Assembly (NCBI GenBank): GCA_963778645.1
Contig: CAVZVH010000021.1
Coordinates: 17,191 to 81,190 of the forward strand
Direction: 5' to 3'
DNA length: 64,000 bases
Origin: an uncultured Chloroflexia bacterium
GTDB lineage: Bacteria; Chloroflexota; Limnocylindria; Limnocylindrales; CSP1-4
In this document: in pieces, positions 42,966 through 51,494 of the stretch
Numbering within the stretch: the stretch's first letter is position 1
Layout of the letters: every line of letters starts with the position of its first letter
Position numbers and translations under genes: made by a program
The notes under the pieces: generated by a model
What the model was told of the DNA's origin: nothing
What the model saw: only the letters and a program-made list of their open reading frames with translations
Databases searched by the model: none

Positions 42966-43271
42966 ACGCTCGGCGCCGCCGCGCCGCACGGGGGCTTGCC
43001 GTCGGGCGGCTTTCGAGCCGCGGGATCACCCGTTCCTTGCACCTGATGCAAGAATCTGACGTCGCGTTGCGTGAACTGCACGTTCTGTCGCCGGGAGATC
43101 CCCTGGTCATTCGATCGTTGCATCCCACGAACGATTCGGGTCGATACCTGCCCGTCCGTGTCTATTCCTTGCAGGACATGCAACTTTCGACGCACTAATC
43201 GTGTTGGTCTCCTGGTCGTGGCGACGGTAGTTGCATCCGATGCAATCTGGTGTGCAGGCGTCCGGCTGCAG

Positions 43272-43952
43272 TCAGAGCATGACGACCGAGCTCCCGCCTG
43301 GGTCAACGCCGGCCGCAAGAAGCTCCAGCGCGCGCGAGCCTCGGACCGGGAACGTGTCGCGCAACACATCGCCATGGGCACGCATGAACGCGCGGTTGTG
43401 TCGGGAGTCGAGGAGCAATAGGGTCATGTGTGTCACGTCTCCGTCACGCATCTTGAGTGCGAGGCGACGCTCCATGGCCTGACGGTCCCGAGGCCTCGTT
43501 TCGGCCTCGATACCGAGGCGCCAACCTGATCCTGCGACGACGGCATCCCACGCCCGCCGATCCGAGGGATCAGGGAACGGCACCTCCGTGTGGAAACGCA
43601 GCGATGGATGCAGGCGATCTCGAAAACGTCCAATGAGGCCCGCGTGGGCGGCGTCTCGCAACGGTTCGCCGCTTGGATACGCCCGGGCGGACAATTCCAA
43701 GCCGACCACCGCAAGCAGCTCGCTGGCTTGCTGGATCGAGAGCGACGCGGCGACTCCGCGCTCGATTCGGCTGTACTGCGCCGCTGAGATCCCGACGGCA
43801 CGGGCGACGTCGCGCCCAGACAAGCCTCGATCTAGCCGGCCGTCCCGTAGCTCGCGGCGGACTCGCGCCGTCAGCTCCCGCCCACGGGCTGCACCGACAT
43901 CGACGGATCGTTCTCTGGATCCCACGGAGGCATCATGCCGGTGCGGGCTCAC
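43272..43952 (-). CDS. XRE-family HTH transcriptional regulator with C-terminal domain of unknown function
   Basis: LSGRDVARAVGISAAQYSRIERG. Confidence 0.7.
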   Translation of the reverse strand: MSPHRHDASVGSRERSVDVGAARGRELTARVRRELRDGRLDRGLSGRDVARAVGISAAQYSRIERGVAASLSIQQASELLAVVGLELSARAYPSGEPLRDAAHAGLIGRFRDRLHPSLRFHTEVPFPDPSDRRAWDAVVAGSGWRLGIEAETRPRDRQAMERRLALKMRDGDVTHMTLLLLDSRHNRAFMRAHGDVLRDTFPVRGSRALELLAAGVDPGGSSVVML

Positions 43953-43959
43953 CCCGCCC

Positions 43960-44776
43960 TTACCTGGAACGCAGGGCCCACCGTTCCGCGGTGAGCCCGA
44001 TCGCAGCGGCCGACCCGGCCGACCGGGCCGAGCCCGCGGGCCCGGCCGACCCGACCCGGCGCAGCCGACCGGTCATCCAGTCGCGGTACCAGGGAGCCCA
44101 GGTGTGGGCGCCGGTCCGTCGATCGCCGGCCACGCCGTCGTGATACTCGGCATAGGTGTGCCCGAACGGCGGCTCGCCGTCCGAGCGGGTCGAGGTGTAA
44201 TCGCCGGCATCATGCAGGCCGGGAAGGACCGCCTCCCCGAGGCCCGCTGCCCGATAGAACCCCTCGACCTGGTGGAGCCATTCGTGGACGTAGCCCTGCT
44301 CGGGTGTCGGGTCCGTCGCGAGGGTCCGCCAATGGTCGGTCGAGATGGAGCTGAAGCCCGCCCCGAACGTCGCATCGGATGCACCGATCGTGCAGCCCCA
44401 GCCACATTGCGGCACATCCGGATCGCCCGGCCAGAGCGCGAAGATCGAGTCGTAGCGATCGGGTGCCGGCATGGGTCTCCATGGCCTCCCGGCACTCGCG
44501 CGGCCCGACCCACCAGCGGCCAGCGCCGCTCGACGACAGCGACGGGATCGGTCGCCGGACCTCGATGACATCGAGTGGCGCCAGCTCGGCGAGGCCGTCG
44601 CTCCAGTCCCGGACCGCGGCGGGCAACCGTTCGACGACCCGTTCGACGGCCGCGCGCTCCTCGCGGGTCATGACCCGACGGGCGCGGCGACGCTTGAGCC
44701 CCGATCCCCAGCGGGCGTCGAGTACGGGGTAGAGGAACACGACAGTTCGAAAGCGCTGGGCGGTGGGGGAGGCCAT
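43960..44776 (-). CDS. HExxH zinc-metallopeptidase-like protein. Apparent frameshift ~44480-44520 (ORFs 44210..44809 and 43960..44571)
   Basis: …YVHEWLHQVEG… HExxH motif. The two overlapping ORF pieces fit one ~270-aa protein. Confidence 0.45.
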
Positions 44777-44874
44777 CCGGAGGAGGGTATCGCGACCGGA
44801 GCACGCCACGCAGCGGCGAACGCGGACTCGACGGGCGCTCCTGCTAGCATCTCGACCGTGACCCAGGAGTCGTC

Positions 44875-45793
44875 GTGACCACCGCCTCGAAGAAGGCCAA
44901 GCCGTCGTCGTCCGGCCCCGGCCCGCTCGTCAGCGTCGATTGGCTGGCGGCGAACGTTGCCCGCCCGGACCTTCGGCTCGTTCACGTGTCGACCGTCCGG
45001 CGCGTCTACAACAAGCACCATATCGCCGGCGCGACCTACAGCGACCTCCACAAGGAGCTCGCGTTGCGCGGGACCGCGCCGGAGACGGGCGAGGCCGTAC
45101 GCGAGTGGCTCGTCCCCACCCGCGAACAGGTCGAGGCCATCCTGCGCCGCTGGCGGGTCGGTACGGGCGACCGGGTCGTCATCTACGACGATATCGGCCT
45201 CAATCGCCATGCGATCCGCGGTTACTGGCTCCTCCGGTTGTACGGCTTCCCGAAGGATCGAGTCCACATCCTCGACGGCGGCATCGAAGCCTGGCGACGC
45301 GCCGACCAGCCGACGACCACCGACATCCCCGAAGCCGATCTCGCCGACGGGCTGCGCGCGCCCGTCGAGCTCGGCGAGCGCGACGAATTCGCTGGTCGCG
45401 ACGTACGACGAGGTCCTGGCCTGGAGTCGCGAGTCGAACGGCGGCGCCGATGCACCGACCCGCATCCTCGACGTCCGAACGGCCGGCGAGTATGTCGGCG
45501 CCGACCTTCGAGCGAAGCGTGGCGGCCACATCCCGGGTGCACGCCAGCGCTGCTTCGTCGACCTGCTGACCGACGACGGCACGTTCCGGCCGGTCGATGA
45601 GATGGTCGCGCTCGTCCGTGCCTCGGGCGCCGACCCGGACCAGGTACGCGTGACGTACTGCCAGGGTGGGGTGCGCGCCGCGCTCGTCTGGTTCGTCCTC
45701 CACGAGTTGGCCGGCTACGAAGACGTCCGCAGCTATGCCGGCTCCTGGGAGGAATGGGGGAATCGCGCGGACAGTCCCATCGACAGCCCCTAG
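44875..45793 (+). CDS. Thiosulfate/3-mercaptopyruvate sulfurtransferase (tandem rhodanese domains). Apparent frameshift ~45380-45395
   Basis: Two rhodanese domains. Active-site loop CQGGVRAA in the second. Confidence 0.8.
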
Positions 45794-45889
45794 CCTTCGC
45801 ACCCCACCGAGGGCTATCCTCGCCCACAGCGATGACCACGACGCGTGGTCGGGTCCTGACGAGCGCGCGCACGTCGGAGGGAGCGAGAG

Positions 45890-46465
45890 ATGAGCACCGC
45901 TTCAGGCACGACGGACCAGGCCCAGGCGATGATGGCCGGAGTGGCCAGATCGTGGGGTCTCGTGCTCGTCATGGGGATCCTGAGCATCGTCATCGGGATC
46001 CTGGCCATCGTCTGGCCGGGTGCGACCATCGTGACCGTCGCGATCTTCTTCGCCGCCTGGCTGTTCGTCAGTGGCATCTATTCGATCGTTGGTGCCTTCA
46101 CCGAGGACGCGAGCACGGGCCACAAGGTGCTCTCCGCGATCATCGGCGTCCTCTCGGTCATCATCGGGTTCTCGCTGTTGCGGAGCCCGTTCCAATCGGT
46201 CGAGGTCGTGATCTTCGTGTTGGGGATCTTCTGGGTGTCGCAGGGGATCGTTGGATTCGTCATGGCCTTCGAGGTCAAGCAGGGTCGCGGCTGGCGACTG
46301 GTCAGCTCGATCCTCGGCGTCATCGCCGGCATCATCATCCTGGTCTACCCGATCAGCTCGGCCCTGACGCTGGCCTTGTTCGGCGGCATCTGGCTGATCA
46401 TCCTTGGTATCACCCAGATCGTCGCGGCCTTCCAGCTTCGGGGTCTCGCGAAGGCCGGTTCCTGA
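45890..46465 (+). CDS. HdeD family acid-resistance membrane protein (DUF308)
   Basis: Six TM helices with repeated GI(L/W)xI motifs. Confidence 0.65.
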   Translation: MSTASGTTDQAQAMMAGVARSWGLVLVMGILSIVIGILAIVWPGATIVTVAIFFAAWLFVSGIYSIVGAFTEDASTGHKVLSAIIGVLSVIIGFSLLRSPFQSVEVVIFVLGIFWVSQGIVGFVMAFEVKQGRGWRLVSSILGVIAGIIILVYPISSALTLALFGGIWLIILGITQIVAAFQLRGLAKAGS

Positions 46466-46577
46466 AGCCCGGTGGTCGGGGCGGCGCCCGGCCTCGTGCT
46501 ATCCTGTCGCGCGGCGTCGACCCGACGCCCACCACGCGTGCGGCCCCGGCACAGCGCTCGGAGCCCCGCGTCTCCGC

Positions 46578-46652
46578 TCCGGCGTAGCTCAGTGGTAGAG
46601 CGGGCGGCTGTTAACCGCTTGGTCGTAGGTTCGAGTCCTACCGCCGGAGCCA
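46578..46652 (+). tRNA. tRNA-Asn (anticodon GTT), CCA encoded
   Basis: Cloverleaf: acceptor TCCGGCG/CGCCGGA, D-arm GCTCAGTGGTAGAGC, anticodon loop cuGUUaa, T-arm GGTTCGAGTCC. Confidence 0.9.
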
Positions 46653-46850
46653 CTCCCTTACTGGATCCGATCGGGTAACACTGTCGTTGGGCGTCGACCT
46701 CCAGACGGTCGGCCAGGCCGGGACTCCGATTGGGAGTGACCGCCTGCATCGGCTTCCGGCCGTGCACCGAGATGAGCCACGGATCGGGATGGGCTGCGCC
46801 GGGACCGAAGATTGATCGTCGGCTCCCTCCACCCCGTCAACGTTCGGGCG

Positions 46851-47255
46851 CTACTCGGTGACGGTGACAGTCAGGTTCATCGAAGGATGGATGGTGCAGG
46901 TCACCTTGTAGGTGCCCGGCGAGAGCCTGATGTCGTGCGTTTGGTCCCCGCTGCCCATCGAGATGGCCTCGAAGGCCGGGCCCGCGACCTCTGTGCCGTT
47001 CTCGCCGACGACGATTCGGTGATCGAAGTCGTCGTTGTTCTTGAAGGTTATCGGGTCTCCAAACGCAACGGTGATGCTGGCCGGGCTGAAGGCGTTGCTC
47101 GAGATGGTGATGGTGCCGTCCCCTCCCGCGCCGCCATCTCCGCCGGTCGGACTGGCCGTGGGGCTGGCGCACCCGGCCAGGACGATGACCAGGGCCATTG
47201 TCCAGGCGAGCGTTGCCCTGCGTGGTGGGCGAGCGGCAACGAACGGGGCATGCAT
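46851..47255 (-). CDS. Cupredoxin (type-1 blue copper) lipoprotein
   Basis: Lipobox LAGCAS. Copper ligands …FDHRIV… and C-terminal CTIHPSM (Cys-x2-His-x2-Met). RBS GGGAGGAGG. Confidence 0.7.
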   Translation of the reverse strand: MHAPFVAARPPRRATLAWTMALVIVLAGCASPTASPTGGDGGAGGDGTITISSNAFSPASITVAFGDPITFKNNDDFDHRIVVGENGTEVAGPAFEAISMGSGDQTHDIRLSPGTYKVTCTIHPSMNLTVTVTE

Positions 47256-47537
47256 GGTCGGCGACCTCCTCCCGGTGACATCGGGGCGGGGCGTTCCGCC
47301 TGCACGCATTTTGGGGCAGGCCGCGCACTGCCGCCACCCGCCCCAGCGCCCACGTAAGGAGGTATGCCGGCAGTACGGTCGCTGCAGTGGCGTCGGACAG
47401 GCGACCGGCGGCCTCAGCCTGATGCCATCGCTCGCACTCAACGGACCCGACCGGTAGGGTCGTCCTGAGGGCCCCCCGCCGATGGCGGTGTGCGGAAGCC
47501 GGCTTGGCCGCGAACGGTTGAACGTACAATCTCCCGA

Positions 47538-47597
47538 ATGGACGGCCACGCGCCCAGTCGGACCGGCCCGGCCCGACCGAGGTCAGGTCCAGAGTAG
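47538..47597 (+). other. Putative short uORF (19 codons, MDGHAPS…) at the end of a conserved leader element upstream of corA
   Basis: ATG immediately 3' of TACAAT-containing conserved 42-nt element. A paralogous uORF (MEGPRAS…) precedes the GH13-like gene at 48820. Confidence 0.3.
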
Positions 47598-47712
47598 GCC
47601 GGGAACCCGTTCGTAGGCACGCATGACCGACCGACGCTCACGCTTCCAGTTGCCGACCAGGCGATCGACTGCCGGGACGGATCCACCTCACGAGCCGGCC
47701 CCCGAAGTGTCG

Positions 47713-48771
47713 ATGGAAGCACGTCCGGAGGACGTCGCGGCACCCGTCGAGCAGAGCGTGGTCGATGCCGCGATCTATCGCGAGGGCCACCGCATCGAGA
47801 CGCCGCCGACCGTGGCCGACGCGGCGCGACACATGCGGGAGCAGCCGGGCACCATGGCCTGGATCGGACTGTTTCGGCCGTCCGCCTCGCAGCTTCTCCC
47901 GGTCGCCGATCAGTTCGGGCTCCACGAGGTCGCGGTCGAGGACGCGATCGTTGCCCATCAGCGGCCCAAGCTGGAACGCTACGGGGACACCCTCTTCGTG
48001 GTCCTTCGTGCAGCGACATACCTCGACGACGTCGAGGAGGTCGAGTTCGGCGAGATTCACGTGTTCGTTGGACCGGCCTTCATCCTGACGGTTCGACACA
48101 GCCGGACGCCCGATCTCAGCGCCGTCCGCCACCGGATGGAAGGTGACCCGGAGCTCCTTGCCCGTGGCCCAGAGGCCGTGCTGTACGCGATCCTCGATAG
48201 CGTCGTGGACGGCTATGCCCCAGTCATCGCCGGGCTCCAGAAGGACATCGATGAGATCGAGACCGAAGTCTTCCGCGGCGATCCGAATGTCTCTCGTCGG
48301 ATCTATGAGCTGTCCCGCGAGGTGATCGAGTTCCAACGAGCGACCCGTCCGCTCCTCGGGATGCTGGACGCTTTGGCCCTCGGCTTCGACAAGTACCACA
48401 CTGACGATGACCTGCAACGCAACCTGCGGGATGTCGCCGACCACGCCACGACCGTCGCCGAGCGTGTCGCCGTGTTCCGCCAGATGCTGACCGACATCCT
48501 CACGGTGAACGCGACCCTCGTGAACCAGGCGCAGAACGAGGAGATCAAGCGGCTCACTGAGGCCAGCTACGACCAGAACGAGGAGGTCAAACGCGTCTCG
48601 GCCTGGGCCGCGATCCTATTCGCGCCGACGTTGATCGGCACCGTCTATGGCATGAACTTCGACTCGATGCCAGAGCTCCACTGGGAGCTTGGCTATCCGC
48701 TTGCGCTGGGCCTGATGATCCTCACGAGCGTGACGCTGTGGGTGATCTTCAGAAGGCGGGGATGGCTATGA
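47713..48771 (+). CDS. corA: Magnesium/cobalt transporter CorA (start may be 47623)
   Basis: C-terminal two TM helices with YGMNF motif. Confidence 0.85.
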   Translation: MEARPEDVAAPVEQSVVDAAIYREGHRIETPPTVADAARHMREQPGTMAWIGLFRPSASQLLPVADQFGLHEVAVEDAIVAHQRPKLERYGDTLFVVLRAATYLDDVEEVEFGEIHVFVGPAFILTVRHSRTPDLSAVRHRMEGDPELLARGPEAVLYAILDSVVDGYAPVIAGLQKDIDEIETEVFRGDPNVSRRIYELSREVIEFQRATRPLLGMLDALALGFDKYHTDDDLQRNLRDVADHATTVAERVAVFRQMLTDILTVNATLVNQAQNEEIKRLTEASYDQNEEVKRVSAWAAILFAPTLIGTVYGMNFDSMPELHWELGYPLALGLMILTSVTLWVIFRRRGWL

Positions 48772-48819
48772 CGGACGACGACGGGCAGTAGCCGAGGCGG
48801 TTATACGTACAATCTCCCC

Positions 48820-48858
48820 ATGGAAGGGCCACGCGCCTCCGCCGGCACCCACGGGTGA
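48820..48858 (+). other. Putative short uORF (12 codons, MEGPRASAGTHG). Stop overlaps the GTG start of the downstream gene (GTGA)
   Basis: See the 47538 element. Conserved sequence and position. Confidence 0.3.
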
Positions 48859-50396
48859 CCTCGAGGACGCGCCGTCGGGTCGCCGGAGCCATCGTCGTGA
48901 TGGTGGCAGCTGGAGGGGTGGCGATGATGGCGGCGCGACCGGACCTGGGACCAGCGCCCGCACCAGGCGTCCCGGGGACCCCGTTCTCCGACGGCGGCAG
49001 CTGGATCTACCACTACATCCACACGCCCGAGCCGCCCACGTACGGCGCGACGACGTTCTCGACGATCACCGAGCGGATCGTTGGTGACTACTACACGAGT
49101 CGCGGCATCACCAACCTGATGATCTACGCCCCGTACCGCAGCACCGGCGCGTTCCGCGGCCTGCCGGCGATCGACTTCCTCGACACGAGTCCCGAGAACG
49201 GAACGATCGAGGACTTCCGGACGATGGTCGCGACAGCCAATGCCAAGGCCATCACCGTGACCATGTACATCGCCCTGATCTACATCAGTCCGCTGAACCC
49301 GATCTTCGAGAAGGCACAGGAGGATCGTCGCAACGGCGTCGATTCGCTGGAACGCCGGATGCTTCGATGGGATGAGCGTGTCCCGGAAGGGTCCAATCCG
49401 CCACCCGGCGGCGCACCGCCTGACGAGCAGGAAGTTCCGCGCCCGGTCGAAGGCGACTGGGCATGGAGCGAGGTCGCGCAACGCTGGTATGCGACCAGTT
49501 GGGGTCTCCCTGCCGTCGACTACGCGAGCGATAGCACCCGCGAGTACGCGAAGGACGTGCTCCGGTTCTGGATGGATCTCGGGGTCCAGGGGTTCGAGTA
49601 CGACATCCCGATGTCGTACTGGGGGATGCAGGGCACGGACGAAGCCCGGCAGACCGAGGTCATGGTCACGACGCCTCGCGAGCACCGGCCCGACACCGAG
49701 CTCTACCTGCACGCCGAGGGCTATGGGACGTTCGAGAACGAGGCGTACAGCGACCGGGTCGGCTTCACGCACATCATGATCAACGGCGACGACGACCTGG
49801 ACTCATTCGTCACCCGAGCGGGGCGCGTCCCGCAGACGGGCACGGTCGATCAACTCGAGGACCAGTGGGCGACCTATTTCGATCCTCGCCAGGCAGCAGG
49901 ACGGGGCGTCTACGCCGTGTCGCTCTACGACATCGATCTCGATCCACGGCTCCGGGCGCTGGACGCGGCCGTCCAGGCGGGCATGGGCGCCCAATACGCC
50001 ATCGATCACGAGGAGCTCATCGAGAACTCGAACGGCCCGATCCTCCCCGCGACGACCATCGAAGGCGTGTGGGACGTCTTCCGGTCGCTGCGAGCGTCGC
50101 CCGCCCTCTCACCCTCCGCGTCGCGGCAGCGGGTGCCGACCGTCGATGATCCGAGCGCCTATGCCATCAAGCGGACCAGCCTGGACGGCACCCGCACAGC
50201 CTTGCTCGTCTACAACTTCCACGATGAAGAGGTCACGATCACGCTCGACCTCGCGGGCAGCGGCATCGCGCTCCCGCAGCGTTCGATCGACCTGGTGACC
50301 GGCGAGCCCGGGCCGATGCTCGAGTCGACCGCGCCGACCTTCACCCTCGAGCCCTACGGCTATCGGTTCCTGGATGTCCGGACGAGCGTGTCATGA
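48855..50396 (+). CDS. Secreted alpha-amylase family (GH13-like) protein
   Basis: Signal peptide. …YRSTGAFRGLPAIDFLDTSPENGTIEDFRTMVATANAKAITVTMYIAL… matches the GH13 beta3/beta4 region pattern. Catalytic motifs look diverged. Confidence 0.5.
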   Translation: MTSRTRRRVAGAIVVMVAAGGVAMMAARPDLGPAPAPGVPGTPFSDGGSWIYHYIHTPEPPTYGATTFSTITERIVGDYYTSRGITNLMIYAPYRSTGAFRGLPAIDFLDTSPENGTIEDFRTMVATANAKAITVTMYIALIYISPLNPIFEKAQEDRRNGVDSLERRMLRWDERVPEGSNPPPGGAPPDEQEVPRPVEGDWAWSEVAQRWYATSWGLPAVDYASDSTREYAKDVLRFWMDLGVQGFEYDIPMSYWGMQGTDEARQTEVMVTTPREHRPDTELYLHAEGYGTFENEAYSDRVGFTHIMINGDDDLDSFVTRAGRVPQTGTVDQLEDQWATYFDPRQAAGRGVYAVSLYDIDLDPRLRALDAAVQAGMGAQYAIDHEELIENSNGPILPATTIEGVWDVFRSLRASPALSPSASRQRVPTVDDPSAYAIKRTSLDGTRTALLVYNFHDEEVTITLDLAGSGIALPQRSIDLVTGEPGPMLESTAPTFTLEPYGYRFLDVRTSVS

Positions 50397-51454
50397 GTCG
50401 TCCCGACCGTCGCGTGCCAGTGTCCGAGGCGAGCGCCGCCCCGCGCCAACGCCGGCCGACCCAGGCCGACGTGGCCCGACTCGCCGGGGTGTCCCAGGCA
50501 CTCGTGTCGTACGTCCTGAACGGCACCGATGTGAGCGTGACACCTGCGACTCGGCGGAAGATCCTGCATGCGATCGAGTCGCTCGGGTACATCCCACATG
50601 GCGCGGCTCGCAGCCTGCGGACCCGGCAGACCATGACGATCGCGTTGGTCGTGCCGGACATCACGAATCCGTTCTGGCCCGAGGTGCAACGAGGCGTGCA
50701 GGAAGTCGCCGACCGCGCCAACTACCAGGTCATGACGTTCAACACCGACAATGAACTCGGGAGACTCACCAGCGTCTGCCTTTCCATCCTGGGCGCCGGG
50801 GCAGACGGCGCGATCATCTGCGACCTGGGTGAGTCCGCCCGGGACGTCGGTCGGCTGGTCTCGAACGGTATTCCCGTCACCTATATCGGTGGAGGCCATG
50901 GAGTCGATGCATCCGTGGATCGGGTCGGGATCGACAACGTCGCTGCCGCCCGGGAAGTCGGGCTCCTTCTCGCGAAGCGCGATCTCGAGCGGATCGCCAT
51001 CATCGCCGGGTCACCGGAGACGACGAATGGAGCCGATCGCTTGCGGGGCTTTCTCGAGGGCCTCCGTGATGGGGGTCGATCACCCGCGACGACGGAGATC
51101 GCGTACGGCGACTTCACGTTCGAGAGTGGGCAGCGGGCGATGGACGAGCTGATCTCTGGCCGAGGCGTTCCGCCCGACGCCGTCTTCGCAGCCAATGACC
51201 TGATGGCGCTCGGCGCGATGCAAACGCTCCAGGGGGCCGGGTTCGACATCCCGAAGGACACGGCGCTCATCGGCTTCGATGACATCGCGGTCGCGCGGAT
51301 GGTGACACCAGGCCTGACGACCGTCGAGGGGCCCAAGCGCGCCCTCGGCCAGCGAGCCGCCGAACTGTTGATCTCGCGCATGAGCATGGACATCGACGCA
51401 CCGGCGCGCATCGAAGTCCTGCCGTGCTTGCTGGTTGTCCGAGCGTCGGCGTGA
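50393..51454 (+). CDS. LacI family transcriptional regulator
   Basis: N-terminal HTH …PTQADVARLAGVSQALVSYVLNG… plus periplasmic-binding-fold effector domain. Confidence 0.85.
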   Translation: MSRPDRRVPVSEASAAPRQRRPTQADVARLAGVSQALVSYVLNGTDVSVTPATRRKILHAIESLGYIPHGAARSLRTRQTMTIALVVPDITNPFWPEVQRGVQEVADRANYQVMTFNTDNELGRLTSVCLSILGAGADGAIICDLGESARDVGRLVSNGIPVTYIGGGHGVDASVDRVGIDNVAAAREVGLLLAKRDLERIAIIAGSPETTNGADRLRGFLEGLRDGGRSPATTEIAYGDFTFESGQRAMDELISGRGVPPDAVFAANDLMALGAMQTLQGAGFDIPKDTALIGFDDIAVARMVTPGLTTVEGPKRALGQRAAELLISRMSMDIDAPARIEVLPCLLVVRASA

Positions 51455-51494
51455 CGCCGATCCCGTATTGCGACGATCGACGTTGACCTGGGTG

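Noticed and set aside
43071-43421. 116-aa plus-strand ORF in the palindrome-rich intergenic region
   Set aside because: Cys/Arg-rich implausible product that overlaps the XRE gene 3' end. The region is better explained as non-coding.
46653-46850. tRNA-Asn 3' flank as a possible integration site for a mobile element
   Set aside because: No integrase, direct repeat of the tRNA 3' end, or compositional break was found within ~2 kb. Downstream genes (cupredoxin, corA) look native.
50881-51494. C-terminal ~200 aa of the 1050-aa ORF 50881..54033
   Set aside because: This tail is antisense to lacI and has low GC3. The authentic C-terminus of the CehA-like gene is in the frame of ORF 51495..52112 after a frameshift near 51800.
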